From positions 1 through 20,576 of the forward strand of contig CBFGJG010000038.1 of the NCBI GenBank assembly GCA_965649055.1: a stretch of DNA of 20,576 nucleotides. Direction: 5' to 3'. This DNA is from a candidate division WOR-3 bacterium (lineage in GTDB: Bacteria > Hydrothermota > UBA3072 > B12-G15). This document shows, piece after piece, positions 1 to 8,457 of the stretch. Numbering within the stretch: the first letter of the stretch is position 1; every line of letters starts with the position of its first letter. The notes under the pieces are model-generated. The model did no database searches. It saw only the letters and a program-made list of their open reading frames with translations, and was not told the origin of the DNA. A program made the translations under genes and the position numbers.

Positions 1-5
1 TTGCA

Positions 6-104
6 ACTCCATTGAGGATTGCCCTCCCCCGGGCAATCCTCTCTTCATTCATTACCCCTATCTTCACTCTCTTAACTGTACCACCATGTGCATGATCTTT
101 TCCA
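6..104 (-). repeat. Left copy of a 99-bp terminal inverted repeat (partner 20478-20576); probable end of a multicopy element truncated by the window edge
   Basis: The reverse complement of 6-104 matches 20478-20576 except at 11/20571 and 69/20513. Similarity stops abruptly at 104/20478. Contains the perfect hairpin GAGGATTGCCC-TCCCCC-GGGCAATCCTC (14-41). Confidence 0.95.
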
Positions 105-123
105 ATTTTTTTTCATTATAAAC

Positions 124-151
124 TTGACAAAGGGGAAGATGTTATTAAGAT
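124..151 (+). promoter_or_regulatory. Putative sigma70 promoter for the polysaccharide export gene
   Basis: TTGACA (124-129), 16-nt spacer, TAAGAT (146-151). SD GGAGGT lies just upstream of ATG 172. Confidence 0.6.
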
Positions 152-171
152 AAAACAAAAACGGAGGTAAT

Positions 172-2508
172 ATGACTGGATTATTAATTTTAATAATGTT
201 TGCACAGACAGAAGACCAGACAAAGATTATTCAACAGTTTTTAATGAATGTGCCACAACCACAGATTACGGAACCAGAAATGTCTCCACAATATACACCT
301 TCTGCCCTTGATAGTGCAATACTTTTAAGACAGATAAAGAAATCCGAGATAGAAATAATGTATGAGAAATATTTTACATACGATACACTTGATATAGGAA
401 AACCTTATTCTTTTTATTCAAAAGACATTATAAGGTTGAAACAATTCGGATATGAATATTTTTTATGGAATGTGAAAAGGGAAGAACCACCTGCACTATT
501 TGTCACAGAAGATTATGTTATTGGTCCTGATGACCAGTTATCTATTATGATATGGGGGTTGATTAATAAAAATATAACTTTGAAAGTTGATAAAGAAGGT
601 AAAATATACCTTGAAGATGTTGGACCAATATATGTATGGGGGCTAAAATACAATGAGGTAAGGGAACTTTTAAAGAATAAATTAAGTCAGACATACTCAA
701 ATGTCTCTATTGAAGTAACCTTTTCATCACTTAGAAGGGTTAATGTTCTTGTTATAGGGAATCTGTTTGCACCAGGCAACTACACAATAACCCCTGTTAG
801 CACTATTATCTATGCACTCCTTCGTGCAGGTGGACCTGATAAACTGGGAACATTCAGAAGGATTAAGATTATTCCAAGAATAGGAAAGGAAACAGAAATA
901 GACCTTTATGACTATTATGTTTATGGGAAAAGTCCTAAACAGATACAGTTTAATGACGGGGATATAATATTCGTCCCGACTATAGGAAGAGTTGTAGGAA
1001 TTGCGGGTGCTGTAAAAAGGGCTGCAATATACGAACTTAAAGAAGGTGAATCTTTTAAAGAACTCCTTGATATGTGTGGTGGGCTTCTTCCAGGTGCTTA
1101 TGTCGGTAAAATAACAATATATAGTGTAAAAGATAATATAAAAATAGTTATATATGAAAAAGACTATGATTCTTATGATGAATTTAAGAAATCGATAAGG
1201 GATGTTAAACTTAATGATGGTGACCTCGTTTACATAACACCAATCCCGAAGATAAAGAGGAATAATGTGAATATTTCAGGTAATGTTTATTATCCTGGTG
1301 ATTATGAGATTACAAAAGACATTACACTTAAGAAACTTCTTCTTAAAGCAGGATTGAAAGAGAATACATATTTAAAGAGGGGAGAGATAAGAAGATATAA
1401 AACGGATATTCTTTATGATATTATTCCATTCAATATTGAAAGCGTTATGGCTGTTCCTGAATATGATACATTCAAGTTTAAGGAATGGGACCGTATTATA
1501 GTTTATTCAATAGATGAAATAATACCTCCAGGTATGGTCTATATTTATGGTGCTGTGAGTAATCCCGGTTCATATGTCCATCATCCAAATATGACAATTG
1601 AAGACCTTATATTCAGAGGACATCCAAGTATGACAGCTGAGTTACATGAAACTGAACTTTTAAGGGTGAAAAGAACAGAGAAGGGGTATCAGGATACTTT
1701 GATTAGAATAGACCTTACAAAAGAAGAGAATATGAAGATGAAATTAAATAATCAGGATATGTTAATAATTAAATCAGGTCAGTATAAACCACAGGTTGTT
1801 ACAATAATTGGGGAGGTTAAATACCCGGGTGCTTATACAATCAAGAAGAACGAAACATTAAAGGAATTAATAGAGAGGGCTGGTGGGCTTACTCCTGACG
1901 CATATATAATGGGTCTATTCTTAAGCCGTAAGACAGTTAAAATGATGCAAAGGACGGGAACAGAAGAACTTATACTCACAGCAAAGAAAGACCTTCTGAG
2001 TCTACAGTCAGAGATAATTACATCAAAGGAGATGACCGCTGAGGAATTAAGACTTAAACAAGCTCTTTTCATACAGCAGGCAAAACTACTTGAAGAGATA
2101 TCAAAAGAGGCAGCTACAGGAAGGGTTGCCTTACCAATGGCTAAACTTGATATTTTTCTTGAAGATGGTGATTCTATATATATTCCAAAGATTCCTTCAA
2201 CGATACAGGTAATAGGTGCAGTTTTTAATTCACAGGGTGTTGTTTATTATGAAGGCATAAAATTATCTGATGTTATAAATATGGCAGGAGGATTGAGACC
2301 TGATGCGGATAGGGGAAGGATATATGTTATTCGTGCCTCAGGTGAAACCGAGAAGAGGATAAAGAAATTAAGACCAGGTGATACAGTTGTTGTTCCTGTG
2401 AAGTCTATAACAGAAAAGCCTTTCATTGATTATGTAAAAGATTTTTCTTTGATTATTTACCAGTTAGGTATTGCACTAGCGGCTATAATTACATTGCTTA
2501 GAAAATAA
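172..2508 (+). CDS. Polysaccharide biosynthesis/export protein with multiple SLBB domains (large Wza/KpsD/OtnA-like)
   Basis: Poly_export motif (DYVIGPDDQLSIMIWG...VDKEGKIYLEDVGPIYVWG). Repeated SLBB signatures (V.V.G.V..PG.Y ... L..AGG ... L.DGD.I.VP). Hydrophobic C-terminal helix and strong SD. Confidence 0.9.
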   Translation: MTGLLILIMFAQTEDQTKIIQQFLMNVPQPQITEPEMSPQYTPSALDSAILLRQIKKSEIEIMYEKYFTYDTLDIGKPYSFYSKDIIRLKQFGYEYFLWNVKREEPPALFVTEDYVIGPDDQLSIMIWGLINKNITLKVDKEGKIYLEDVGPIYVWGLKYNEVRELLKNKLSQTYSNVSIEVTFSSLRRVNVLVIGNLFAPGNYTITPVSTIIYALLRAGGPDKLGTFRRIKIIPRIGKETEIDLYDYYVYGKSPKQIQFNDGDIIFVPTIGRVVGIAGAVKRAAIYELKEGESFKELLDMCGGLLPGAYVGKITIYSVKDNIKIVIYEKDYDSYDEFKKSIRDVKLNDGDLVYITPIPKIKRNNVNISGNVYYPGDYEITKDITLKKLLLKAGLKENTYLKRGEIRRYKTDILYDIIPFNIESVMAVPEYDTFKFKEWDRIIVYSIDEIIPPGMVYIYGAVSNPGSYVHHPNMTIEDLIFRGHPSMTAELHETELLRVKRTEKGYQDTLIRIDLTKEENMKMKLNNQDMLIIKSGQYKPQVVTIIGEVKYPGAYTIKKNETLKELIERAGGLTPDAYIMGLFLSRKTVKMMQRTGTEELILTAKKDLLSLQSEIITSKEMTAEELRLKQALFIQQAKLLEEISKEAATGRVALPMAKLDIFLEDGDSIYIPKIPSTIQVIGAVFNSQGVVYYEGIKLSDVINMAGGLRPDADRGRIYVIRASGETEKRIKKLRPGDTVVVPVKSITEKPFIDYVKDFSLIIYQLGIALAAIITLLRK

Positions 2509-2537
2509 AATTTAAATAGAATAATAAAAATAAAAAA

Positions 2538-3548
2538 TCAGTTTTTAAAACCATTTGTTTTCTTTATGTTTTCTTCTGCTTTTTCAAGTATTTTCACTAT
2601 TTTTAATCCAACATAACCATCAGATTTAGGTTTTTCCCTTGTCTTTATACAATTCAAGAAATGTTCCATCTCTATTTTTAATGGTTCTGTTCCTGGTATC
2701 CTTGGAGAAAAAATATCTCCTGTCCTGTATAATAGAAGATATTCTCCATAATCATATGTATTATCCTGGACATCAACACGGGAATCAAATATTTTCACCT
2801 TCTCCTGTGGATTTGTATCATCATATTCAAGCATCTTCTTTGAGCCAACAATGATTGTCTTTCTTATCTTTGAAGGTGAAAGCCAGCCAACCTGTATATC
2901 TGCAATCACACCGTTATCAAATATAATCTGTAAGAACGCAACATCAGGTATGTCTTCATCTTTTCTTACTGGAACAGAAACCTTTCCTATTGCATTGATA
3001 TGAACAGGCTCTGCATCCATCCAGCTGAATATCATTGACAGGTCATGCGGTGCTAAATCCCATATAACACTTGCATCTTTTCTGTGAATTCCAAGATTTA
3101 CCCTTGTTGATGTTATATAATAAATCTCTCCAATATCACCATTATCAATAATCTCTTTTATCTTCAGGACAGCAGGACTGAACATAAATGTATGTCCTAC
3201 CATTAAAATACAATTATTTTTCTCAGCTATATTTATAAGTTCCTCTGCCTCTCTTACAGATTTTGTGATAGGCTTTTCTATAAAAACATCTTTGCCAGCC
3301 AATAGAAATTCTCTTGCAATTTTATAATGTGTCCTCACAGGGGTAGCAATAACAACACCTTTCAATTCCTTATCTTTTAGTAATTCCTTATAATCTTTTA
3401 TATAGGAAGCGTTGGGAAAAAGTTTTTTCATCGTCTCAATTCTTTTATCATCGCTATCGCATCCAATCACCTTAATCTCAGGAAAATGAAAAAGATTTCT
3501 TAATAAATTAGGTCCCCAGTATCCAAGACCAATGGTTGCAATCTTCAT
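2538..3548 (-). CDS. Gfo/Idh/MocA family oxidoreductase (WlbA/WbpB/GnnA-like sugar-nucleotide 3-dehydrogenase)
   Basis: Rossmann IGLGYWG, IATP..TH, FIEKP, MVGHTFMF and DLAPHD motifs. Start moved from 3584 to ATG 3548 (MKIATIG), which gives an ATGA overlap with the upstream stop and a GGGGG SD-like run. Confidence 0.88.
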   Translation of the reverse strand: MKIATIGLGYWGPNLLRNLFHFPEIKVIGCDSDDKRIETMKKLFPNASYIKDYKELLKDKELKGVVIATPVRTHYKIAREFLLAGKDVFIEKPITKSVREAEELINIAEKNNCILMVGHTFMFSPAVLKIKEIIDNGDIGEIYYITSTRVNLGIHRKDASVIWDLAPHDLSMIFSWMDAEPVHINAIGKVSVPVRKDEDIPDVAFLQIIFDNGVIADIQVGWLSPSKIRKTIIVGSKKMLEYDDTNPQEKVKIFDSRVDVQDNTYDYGEYLLLYRTGDIFSPRIPGTEPLKIEMEHFLNCIKTREKPKSDGYVGLKIVKILEKAEENIKKTNGFKN

Positions 3549-4693
3549 TTTACCCCCTTGAAGAATTCTTTTATCTTGTCGCAAACATATAGGACATCAT
3601 CATCTGAAAGATGGGGATAAATAGGTAAAGAAAGAACTTCTTTTGCAACCTTTTCAGTGACAGGTAGCTTAAAATTCTTATCTTTTAAAGGTTTCTGTAA
3701 ATGGCAAGGTATAGGATAGTGAACACCAACACCAACACCGTTCTTTTTTAGATAATCACCCAATTCATCCCTTTTTTCACTCCTTACAACAAATAAATGA
3801 TAAACATGTTTTACATCTTTTGCTTTTTCAGGCAGTACCAAAGGAAGATCTTTAAGATTCTCTTTATAGATTTCCGCGATCTTTATCCTTCTTTCGTTCC
3901 ATTTATCAAGCCTTTTTAATTTGATTCTTAAGACTGCAGCCTGTAACTCATCAAGCCTTGTGTTATATCCATATAAATCATGTGTGTATTTATCAATCTG
4001 TCCATGAACACGTATTAGTTTTACATTTTTTGCATATTCTTCATTATTTGTTGTTACACAACCTGCTTCTCCAAATGCACCAAGATTCTTTGAAAAATAG
4101 AATGACATACCTGTTATATCACCTATACTACCAACCTTCTTACCTTTGTATTCAGCACCCTGTGCCTGTGATGCATCTTCAATAACGATTAGATTGTATT
4201 TCTTTGCTATTTTCATTATCTCATCCATCTCCGCAGGTTGTCCGTAGAGATGAACAGGCATAATAGCAGATATGACCTTTCCATCCTTATCTATTAGCCT
4301 TCCACCTGAAAATTTTGTGTTTTCTTCGATGTATTTTTTTAATTCTTCTATTGAAATATTATAGTTTTTTTCGTCAATATCGATCAGTATCTGTTCACAT
4401 CCAACAAGCCATATTGATTCTACAGTAGCAAAGAATGTATGTGATACAGTTATTATTTTTGTCCCAGGTTTTATACCTGCAGCCCTTATTGCTACACATA
4501 ATGCATCTGTTCCATTATCAACACCAATACATTCTTTCACATTGAGGTATTTTGCAAATTCTTTTTCAAATGACTGAACATTTGGACCAAGGTAAAGATT
4601 CATTCCGTTTAATATTTCTTCCCAAGCCTTATTAAGTTCATCCTTAATCTCAAAATATTGAGCCTTTAAGTCAACGAGTGGAATATTTTTCAT
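3545..4693 (-). CDS. DegT/DnrJ/EryC1/StrS PLP-dependent sugar aminotransferase (WlbC/WbpE/FdtB-like)
   Basis: IPLVDLKAQY, NGTDAL, PVHLYGQPA, IEDASQAQGA, SFYFSKNLGAFGEAG (PLP lysine), NTRLDELQAA, HYPIP and LSLPIYP motifs. Confidence 0.93.
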   Translation of the reverse strand: MKNIPLVDLKAQYFEIKDELNKAWEEILNGMNLYLGPNVQSFEKEFAKYLNVKECIGVDNGTDALCVAIRAAGIKPGTKIITVSHTFFATVESIWLVGCEQILIDIDEKNYNISIEELKKYIEENTKFSGGRLIDKDGKVISAIMPVHLYGQPAEMDEIMKIAKKYNLIVIEDASQAQGAEYKGKKVGSIGDITGMSFYFSKNLGAFGEAGCVTTNNEEYAKNVKLIRVHGQIDKYTHDLYGYNTRLDELQAAVLRIKLKRLDKWNERRIKIAEIYKENLKDLPLVLPEKAKDVKHVYHLFVVRSEKRDELGDYLKKNGVGVGVHYPIPCHLQKPLKDKNFKLPVTEKVAKEVLSLPIYPHLSDDDVLYVCDKIKEFFKGVK

Positions 4694-5223
4694 AATGACC
4701 TCCTGAATTTTGCCTTATCACCATAGAAAATACTATTAGGTGGGACATTATCTACTACAACAGAACCTGCACCTATTATTGAATTTTCGCCGATCTCAAC
4801 ACCACATCTTATTACAGAACCTGCACCAATAGCTGCCCTTTTCCTTACAATGGTTTCTGTAATATGGTATTCCTGGATCAAAGAACCATCTTCTTCACAA
4901 CTTCTCGGATAAAGGTCATTTGTAAAGACCACATTTGGTCCTAAGAAAACACAATCTTCAATTATCACACCTTCAGGTATGAATACTAATGGTTCCATCT
5001 TTACCCTTTTCCCAATTTTTACCCCTTTCCTTATCTCAACAAATGCACCTATCTTCGACTCTTCACCTATTTCAGCACCATAAATATTAACATTACTCCA
5101 GATAAGGACATCTTTACCGAGAATAGTATTTTTAATTATAATATTATATTCAGGGATAAAGATATCCACTGGTTCTGTGTTGCTTACTTCATAATCTTTA
5201 CCTCTAATGATTATCTTTCCCAT
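4690..5223 (-). CDS. Hexapeptide-repeat (left-handed beta-helix) N-acetyltransferase, WlbB/WbpD-like
   Basis: IGAFVEI..GVKIG, FIPEGVIIEDCVFLGPNVVFTNDLYPRS and IGAGSVV repeats. SD AAAGGAG and ATGA overlap with the aminotransferase. Confidence 0.9.
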   Translation of the reverse strand: MGKIIIRGKDYEVSNTEPVDIFIPEYNIIIKNTILGKDVLIWSNVNIYGAEIGEESKIGAFVEIRKGVKIGKRVKMEPLVFIPEGVIIEDCVFLGPNVVFTNDLYPRSCEEDGSLIQEYHITETIVRKRAAIGAGSVIRCGVEIGENSIIGAGSVVVDNVPPNSIFYGDKAKFRRSL

Positions 5224-5246
5224 ATTTCTCCTTTCATTTTTTAATT

Positions 5247-6584
5247 TTAATAAGCACCCTGACCAAAAATTATATTTGGCAATGTTTGTATTATCAAGTG
5301 TAAATCCATCAAAAAGGACCTGTTGTAGGCATAGTATATATCGAGAAAGACAGATTCGTCAAAGGGAAGTTGTGACCTGCCGAATATCTGCCAGAATCCT
5401 GTAATACCCTGTTTTACAGTGAGTCTTTCCTTATGCCATTCTTTGTATTCTTTAACCTCATACTCGGTTGGTGGTCTTGGACCTACCAATGATAAATCTC
5501 CTTTTATAACATTAAAGAATTGTGGTATCTCATCAAAGCTCGTTTTTCTTATAATACTACCTATGGGTGTTATCCTTTTATCTTTTGTAATCTTAAATAT
5601 ATCCCCTTCCCTCTTTTTCCCTTTAATAAGATTCTTAACATATTCTTTATGAACAGATTCATCTGCATTTACATACATTGAACGGAATTTTAAACAGATA
5701 AATTTCTCGTTTAGTAATTTGTATCTTTCCTGCCTGAAGAACACAGGACCTTTTGATGTTAACTTGATCAAGATTGATATAATAAAGATGAATGGTGAAA
5801 ATACTATTAAGGCAAAAATACCCACAAAAAAATCAATCAATCTTTTAAAGAATAGATAATTTTTACCTGTTCCAGACCATCTGAATGGTATTAACGGAAT
5901 ATCGCCAAAATAAAACCAATACGGAACATTCTTTATTTTTCTGTTTATCTCACTAAATAATATAACTCTTTCTTTTTTCATAAACATTTTTAAATTTTCA
6001 AGCACTTCTTCATAATCCTTTGTATGTAAGACTAATATAAAGGTGTAGTTGTTCCCAAAAAATTTTATTAAATCGTCTTTGTCCCTTACAACCTTCACTA
6101 TTTCAGCATTGAAAATCTTGTTATTTTTTATAAATCTTTCAAGCCCTCTTGTATCACCCTTTGGAACAAAAATAACTATCTTCTTTTTGGGAAGTATCTT
6201 TAAGATTAAACTATAGATAATTATTCTTTCAATGTATAGTATAATAGAAACGATTATGAAGATAGCAAAGATAAGTTTTCTTTTTGATAGCAATGTATGT
6301 CTGAATATAAGGTTGAATATAAGATAAATAATAAATGTGTATGTTATTGACTTTGTAGTTCTGTAAATATATCCAACCCTGTCTATATAAGAGAAAAAAT
6401 TGTACATATCCGTATATGCAAAAACAAAAATTGTGATCAAAGGAAGTACTATCATATTTAATAATCTGTCTGTCGGTTCAAGATAAAATCCTAATTTCAG
6501 TAGTATATAATAACTTATATAGACGCCTGAAACCACAGATATTATGTCAAGCACTAAAAAAGCTATGTTTCTTTCTTTCCACAT
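5247..6584 (-). CDS. Priming polyprenyl-phosphate glycosyl-1-phosphate transferase (Bac_transf; WcaJ/WbaP/ExoY-like), copy 1
   Basis: N-terminal TM helices and a C-terminal catalytic domain (KRLID, SKGPVFFRQER, KFRSM, DKRIT, DEIPQFFNV.KGDLSLVGPRP, GITGFWQ). Start ATG 6584 is preferred because TTG 6593 overlaps the predicted -10 box. Confidence 0.9.
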   Translation of the reverse strand: MWKERNIAFLVLDIISVVSGVYISYYILLKLGFYLEPTDRLLNMIVLPLITIFVFAYTDMYNFFSYIDRVGYIYRTTKSITYTFIIYLIFNLIFRHTLLSKRKLIFAIFIIVSIILYIERIIIYSLILKILPKKKIVIFVPKGDTRGLERFIKNNKIFNAEIVKVVRDKDDLIKFFGNNYTFILVLHTKDYEEVLENLKMFMKKERVILFSEINRKIKNVPYWFYFGDIPLIPFRWSGTGKNYLFFKRLIDFFVGIFALIVFSPFIFIISILIKLTSKGPVFFRQERYKLLNEKFICLKFRSMYVNADESVHKEYVKNLIKGKKREGDIFKITKDKRITPIGSIIRKTSFDEIPQFFNVIKGDLSLVGPRPPTEYEVKEYKEWHKERLTVKQGITGFWQIFGRSQLPFDESVFLDIYYAYNRSFLMDLHLIIQTLPNIIFGQGAY

Positions 6585-6592
6585 ATTTTTCA

Positions 6593-6620
6593 ATTATAAT
6601 AAAAAATTAAAATTATGCAA
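6593..6620 (-). promoter_or_regulatory. Putative sigma70 promoter for the minus-strand sugar operon
   Basis: On the minus strand: TTGCAT (6620-6615), 16-nt spacer, TATAAT (6598-6593), then 8 nt to ATG 6584. Confidence 0.6.
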
Positions 6621-6634
6621 GTAAATTTATTTTC

Positions 6635-6662
6635 TTGACTTTAATGGTTTCTATTATAAAAT
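6635..6662 (+). promoter_or_regulatory. Putative sigma70 promoter for the plus-strand glycosyltransferase operon
   Basis: TTGACT (6635-6640), 16-nt spacer, TAAAAT (6657-6662), then 6 nt to ATG 6669. Confidence 0.62.
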
Positions 6663-6668
6663 ATTACC

Positions 6669-6887
6669 ATGTTTGAAGGTTTCGGAAAAACACTTATTAT
6701 ATTAGGTACTATAATTATATTTTTTGGAATAATATTAATTTTTTATGATAAAATTTCAAATCTACATAATATCCCTGGTGATATTGTTATAAGAAGAAAA
6801 AATTTAATATTTTATTTTCCCATAACAACTTCCATAATATTATCCATATTGATAACAATTATCTTGAATATCTTCAGGAGAAGATAG
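6669..6887 (+). CDS. Small two-TM membrane protein, DUF2905 family
   Basis: GKTLIILG...IPGDIVIRRKN..FYFPITTSIILSILIT matches the DUF2905 pattern (LPGDI...FYFP.TT). Confidence 0.85.
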   Translation: MFEGFGKTLIILGTIIIFFGIILIFYDKISNLHNIPGDIVIRRKNLIFYFPITTSIILSILITIILNIFRRR

Positions 6888-7603
6888 TGAAAAGATCACT
6901 TGTGATTATACCAACATACAATGAAAAAGAAAATATTGAAAAGATAATAAATGAGATTTTAAAACAGCCTTTTTCCCCTGATGTCCTTATCGTTGATGAC
7001 AGCTCACCTGATGGAACTTATGATATTGTAAAGAGAATGATGGAAGAGAATAAAAAGATAAACCTTATAGTAAGGGAAAAAAAACTTGGCCTTGGAACCG
7101 CATATATTGATGGTTTTAAATGGGGTTTGAAAAACAATGATTATGAGTATTTTTTTGAGATTGATGCTGATTTTTCACACAATCCCAAAGACCTTAACAG
7201 GATCTATGAAGGGCTAAAATATTACGATGTTGTTATTGGTTCAAGATACATAAAAGGTTTAAGTGTTAAGAACTGGCCTCTTTCAAGGATACTTTTAAGT
7301 TATTTTGCGAATCTTTATGCAAGGTTCCTAACGGGTTTGAAGATAAAAGATATTACATCAGGATTTGTTGGATACAGAAGGAAAATTCTTGAAAAAATAC
7401 TACAGCATAAAATAAAATCAGATGGTTATGGATTCCAGATAGAGGTAAAATTCTATGCAAGAAGAAATAATGCAAGTATAAAGGAAATAAAGATTGTCTT
7501 TGTTGACAGGAGATCCGGATATTCAAAGATGTCCAAAGGAATTATTTTCAAAGCTTTCTTTCTTGTTTTGAAGATAGGTTTTTTAAGGTTATACAATAAA
7601 TGA
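6887..7603 (+). CDS. Polyprenol monophosphomannose synthase-like GT2 (Dpm1/Ppm1-like)
   Basis: IIPTYNEKENI, VDDSSPDGT, GLGTAY..GF, DADFSHNP, VIGSRY, DITSGF, GYGFQIE and FVDRRSGYSKMS motifs. GTG start overlaps the upstream TAG. Confidence 0.9.
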   Translation: MKRSLVIIPTYNEKENIEKIINEILKQPFSPDVLIVDDSSPDGTYDIVKRMMEENKKINLIVREKKLGLGTAYIDGFKWGLKNNDYEYFFEIDADFSHNPKDLNRIYEGLKYYDVVIGSRYIKGLSVKNWPLSRILLSYFANLYARFLTGLKIKDITSGFVGYRRKILEKILQHKIKSDGYGFQIEVKFYARRNNASIKEIKIVFVDRRSGYSKMSKGIIFKAFFLVLKIGFLRLYNK

Positions 7604-8457
7604 AGCTTGTTATAGGTATAGTAAATTATAATTGTATTGAGCATACATTGAGGTTGATTGATTCAATTAAAAAAAATCCACCATCTTGTGAATATCAAAT
7701 AGTTATACTTGATAATGCATCTAAAGATAGAAGTAAAGAATTTCTTAGAAGACTTGAAGATATTAAGGTGATATTCAAGACAGAAAATTTAGGTTTTGGA
7801 AAAGGCTGTAATGATATTGCATGGAGAACAGAAAGTGAATACATTCTGTTTTTAAATCCTGATGTTATTTTAACAAAAAATGCACTGGATAACCTTATAA
7901 AATTTATGGATAACAATAAAGAATGTGCTATTTCTGGTGGAAAACTATTAAATCTTGACGGAACTATCCAGTATTCCTGTAGAAGATTCCCAACATTAAT
8001 TAATGTTTTTTTCGGAAGGGAAAATTTATTAACAAGGTTTTTACCCGGGAATAGATTTACAAGGAATTATATGTATATTGAAATGGATTACAATAAAAAT
8101 AATGAGGTTGACTGGTTAAGAGGTGCGGTATTCATGTTAAGAAGAAGTATATTTGAGAGGTTGAAAGGATTTGATGAAAGGTTCTTTTTATTCCTTGAAG
8201 ATACAGATCTGTGTTTAAGGGCAAGAAAAGAAGGATATAAAGTATTTTTCGTTTCGGATGCTGTATTTTATCACAAACTTGGCGGTTGTGTTTCATCTTA
8301 TCCATTGAAAAGCAAGATAATACACAACTATTCCTTTTATAAATATTTTATGAAGACTTTTGATAACGTGCTTTTAAAATTAATTCTTAATTTTGCTTTT
8401 CTATTTCGTTATTGCTTTATAATCTTTACAGAAATATTTGAAAGAATGGAAAAATGA
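7600..8457 (+). CDS. GT2 glycosyltransferase (WbbL/rhamnosyltransferase-like)
   Basis: IVNYN, LDNAS.D, NLGFGKGCN, LFLNPD, VDWLRGA and GFDERFFLFLEDTDLCLR motifs. ATGA overlap. Confidence 0.88.
   Translation: MKLVIGIVNYNCIEHTLRLIDSIKKNPPSCEYQIVILDNASKDRSKEFLRRLEDIKVIFKTENLGFGKGCNDIAWRTESEYILFLNPDVILTKNALDNLIKFMDNNKECAISGGKLLNLDGTIQYSCRRFPTLINVFFGRENLLTRFLPGNRFTRNYMYIEMDYNKNNEVDWLRGAVFMLRRSIFERLKGFDERFFLFLEDTDLCLRARKEGYKVFFVSDAVFYHKLGGCVSSYPLKSKIIHNYSFYKYFMKTFDNVLLKLILNFAFLFRYCFIIFTEIFERMEK

Noticed and set aside
14..41. Hairpin considered as a CRISPR repeat or a rho-independent terminator
   Set aside because: There is only one copy per end with no repeat-spacer periodicity and no cas genes. 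No gene in the window ends at it and there is no clean U-tract, although a terminator role for a gene outside the window cannot be fully excluded.
3549..3584. ORF-track start of the oxidoreductase at 3584 (MRQDKRILQGGK extension)
   Set aside because: It overlaps the aminotransferase by 40 bp. ATG 3548 gives a typical Rossmann start, an SD-like run and an ATGA coupling.
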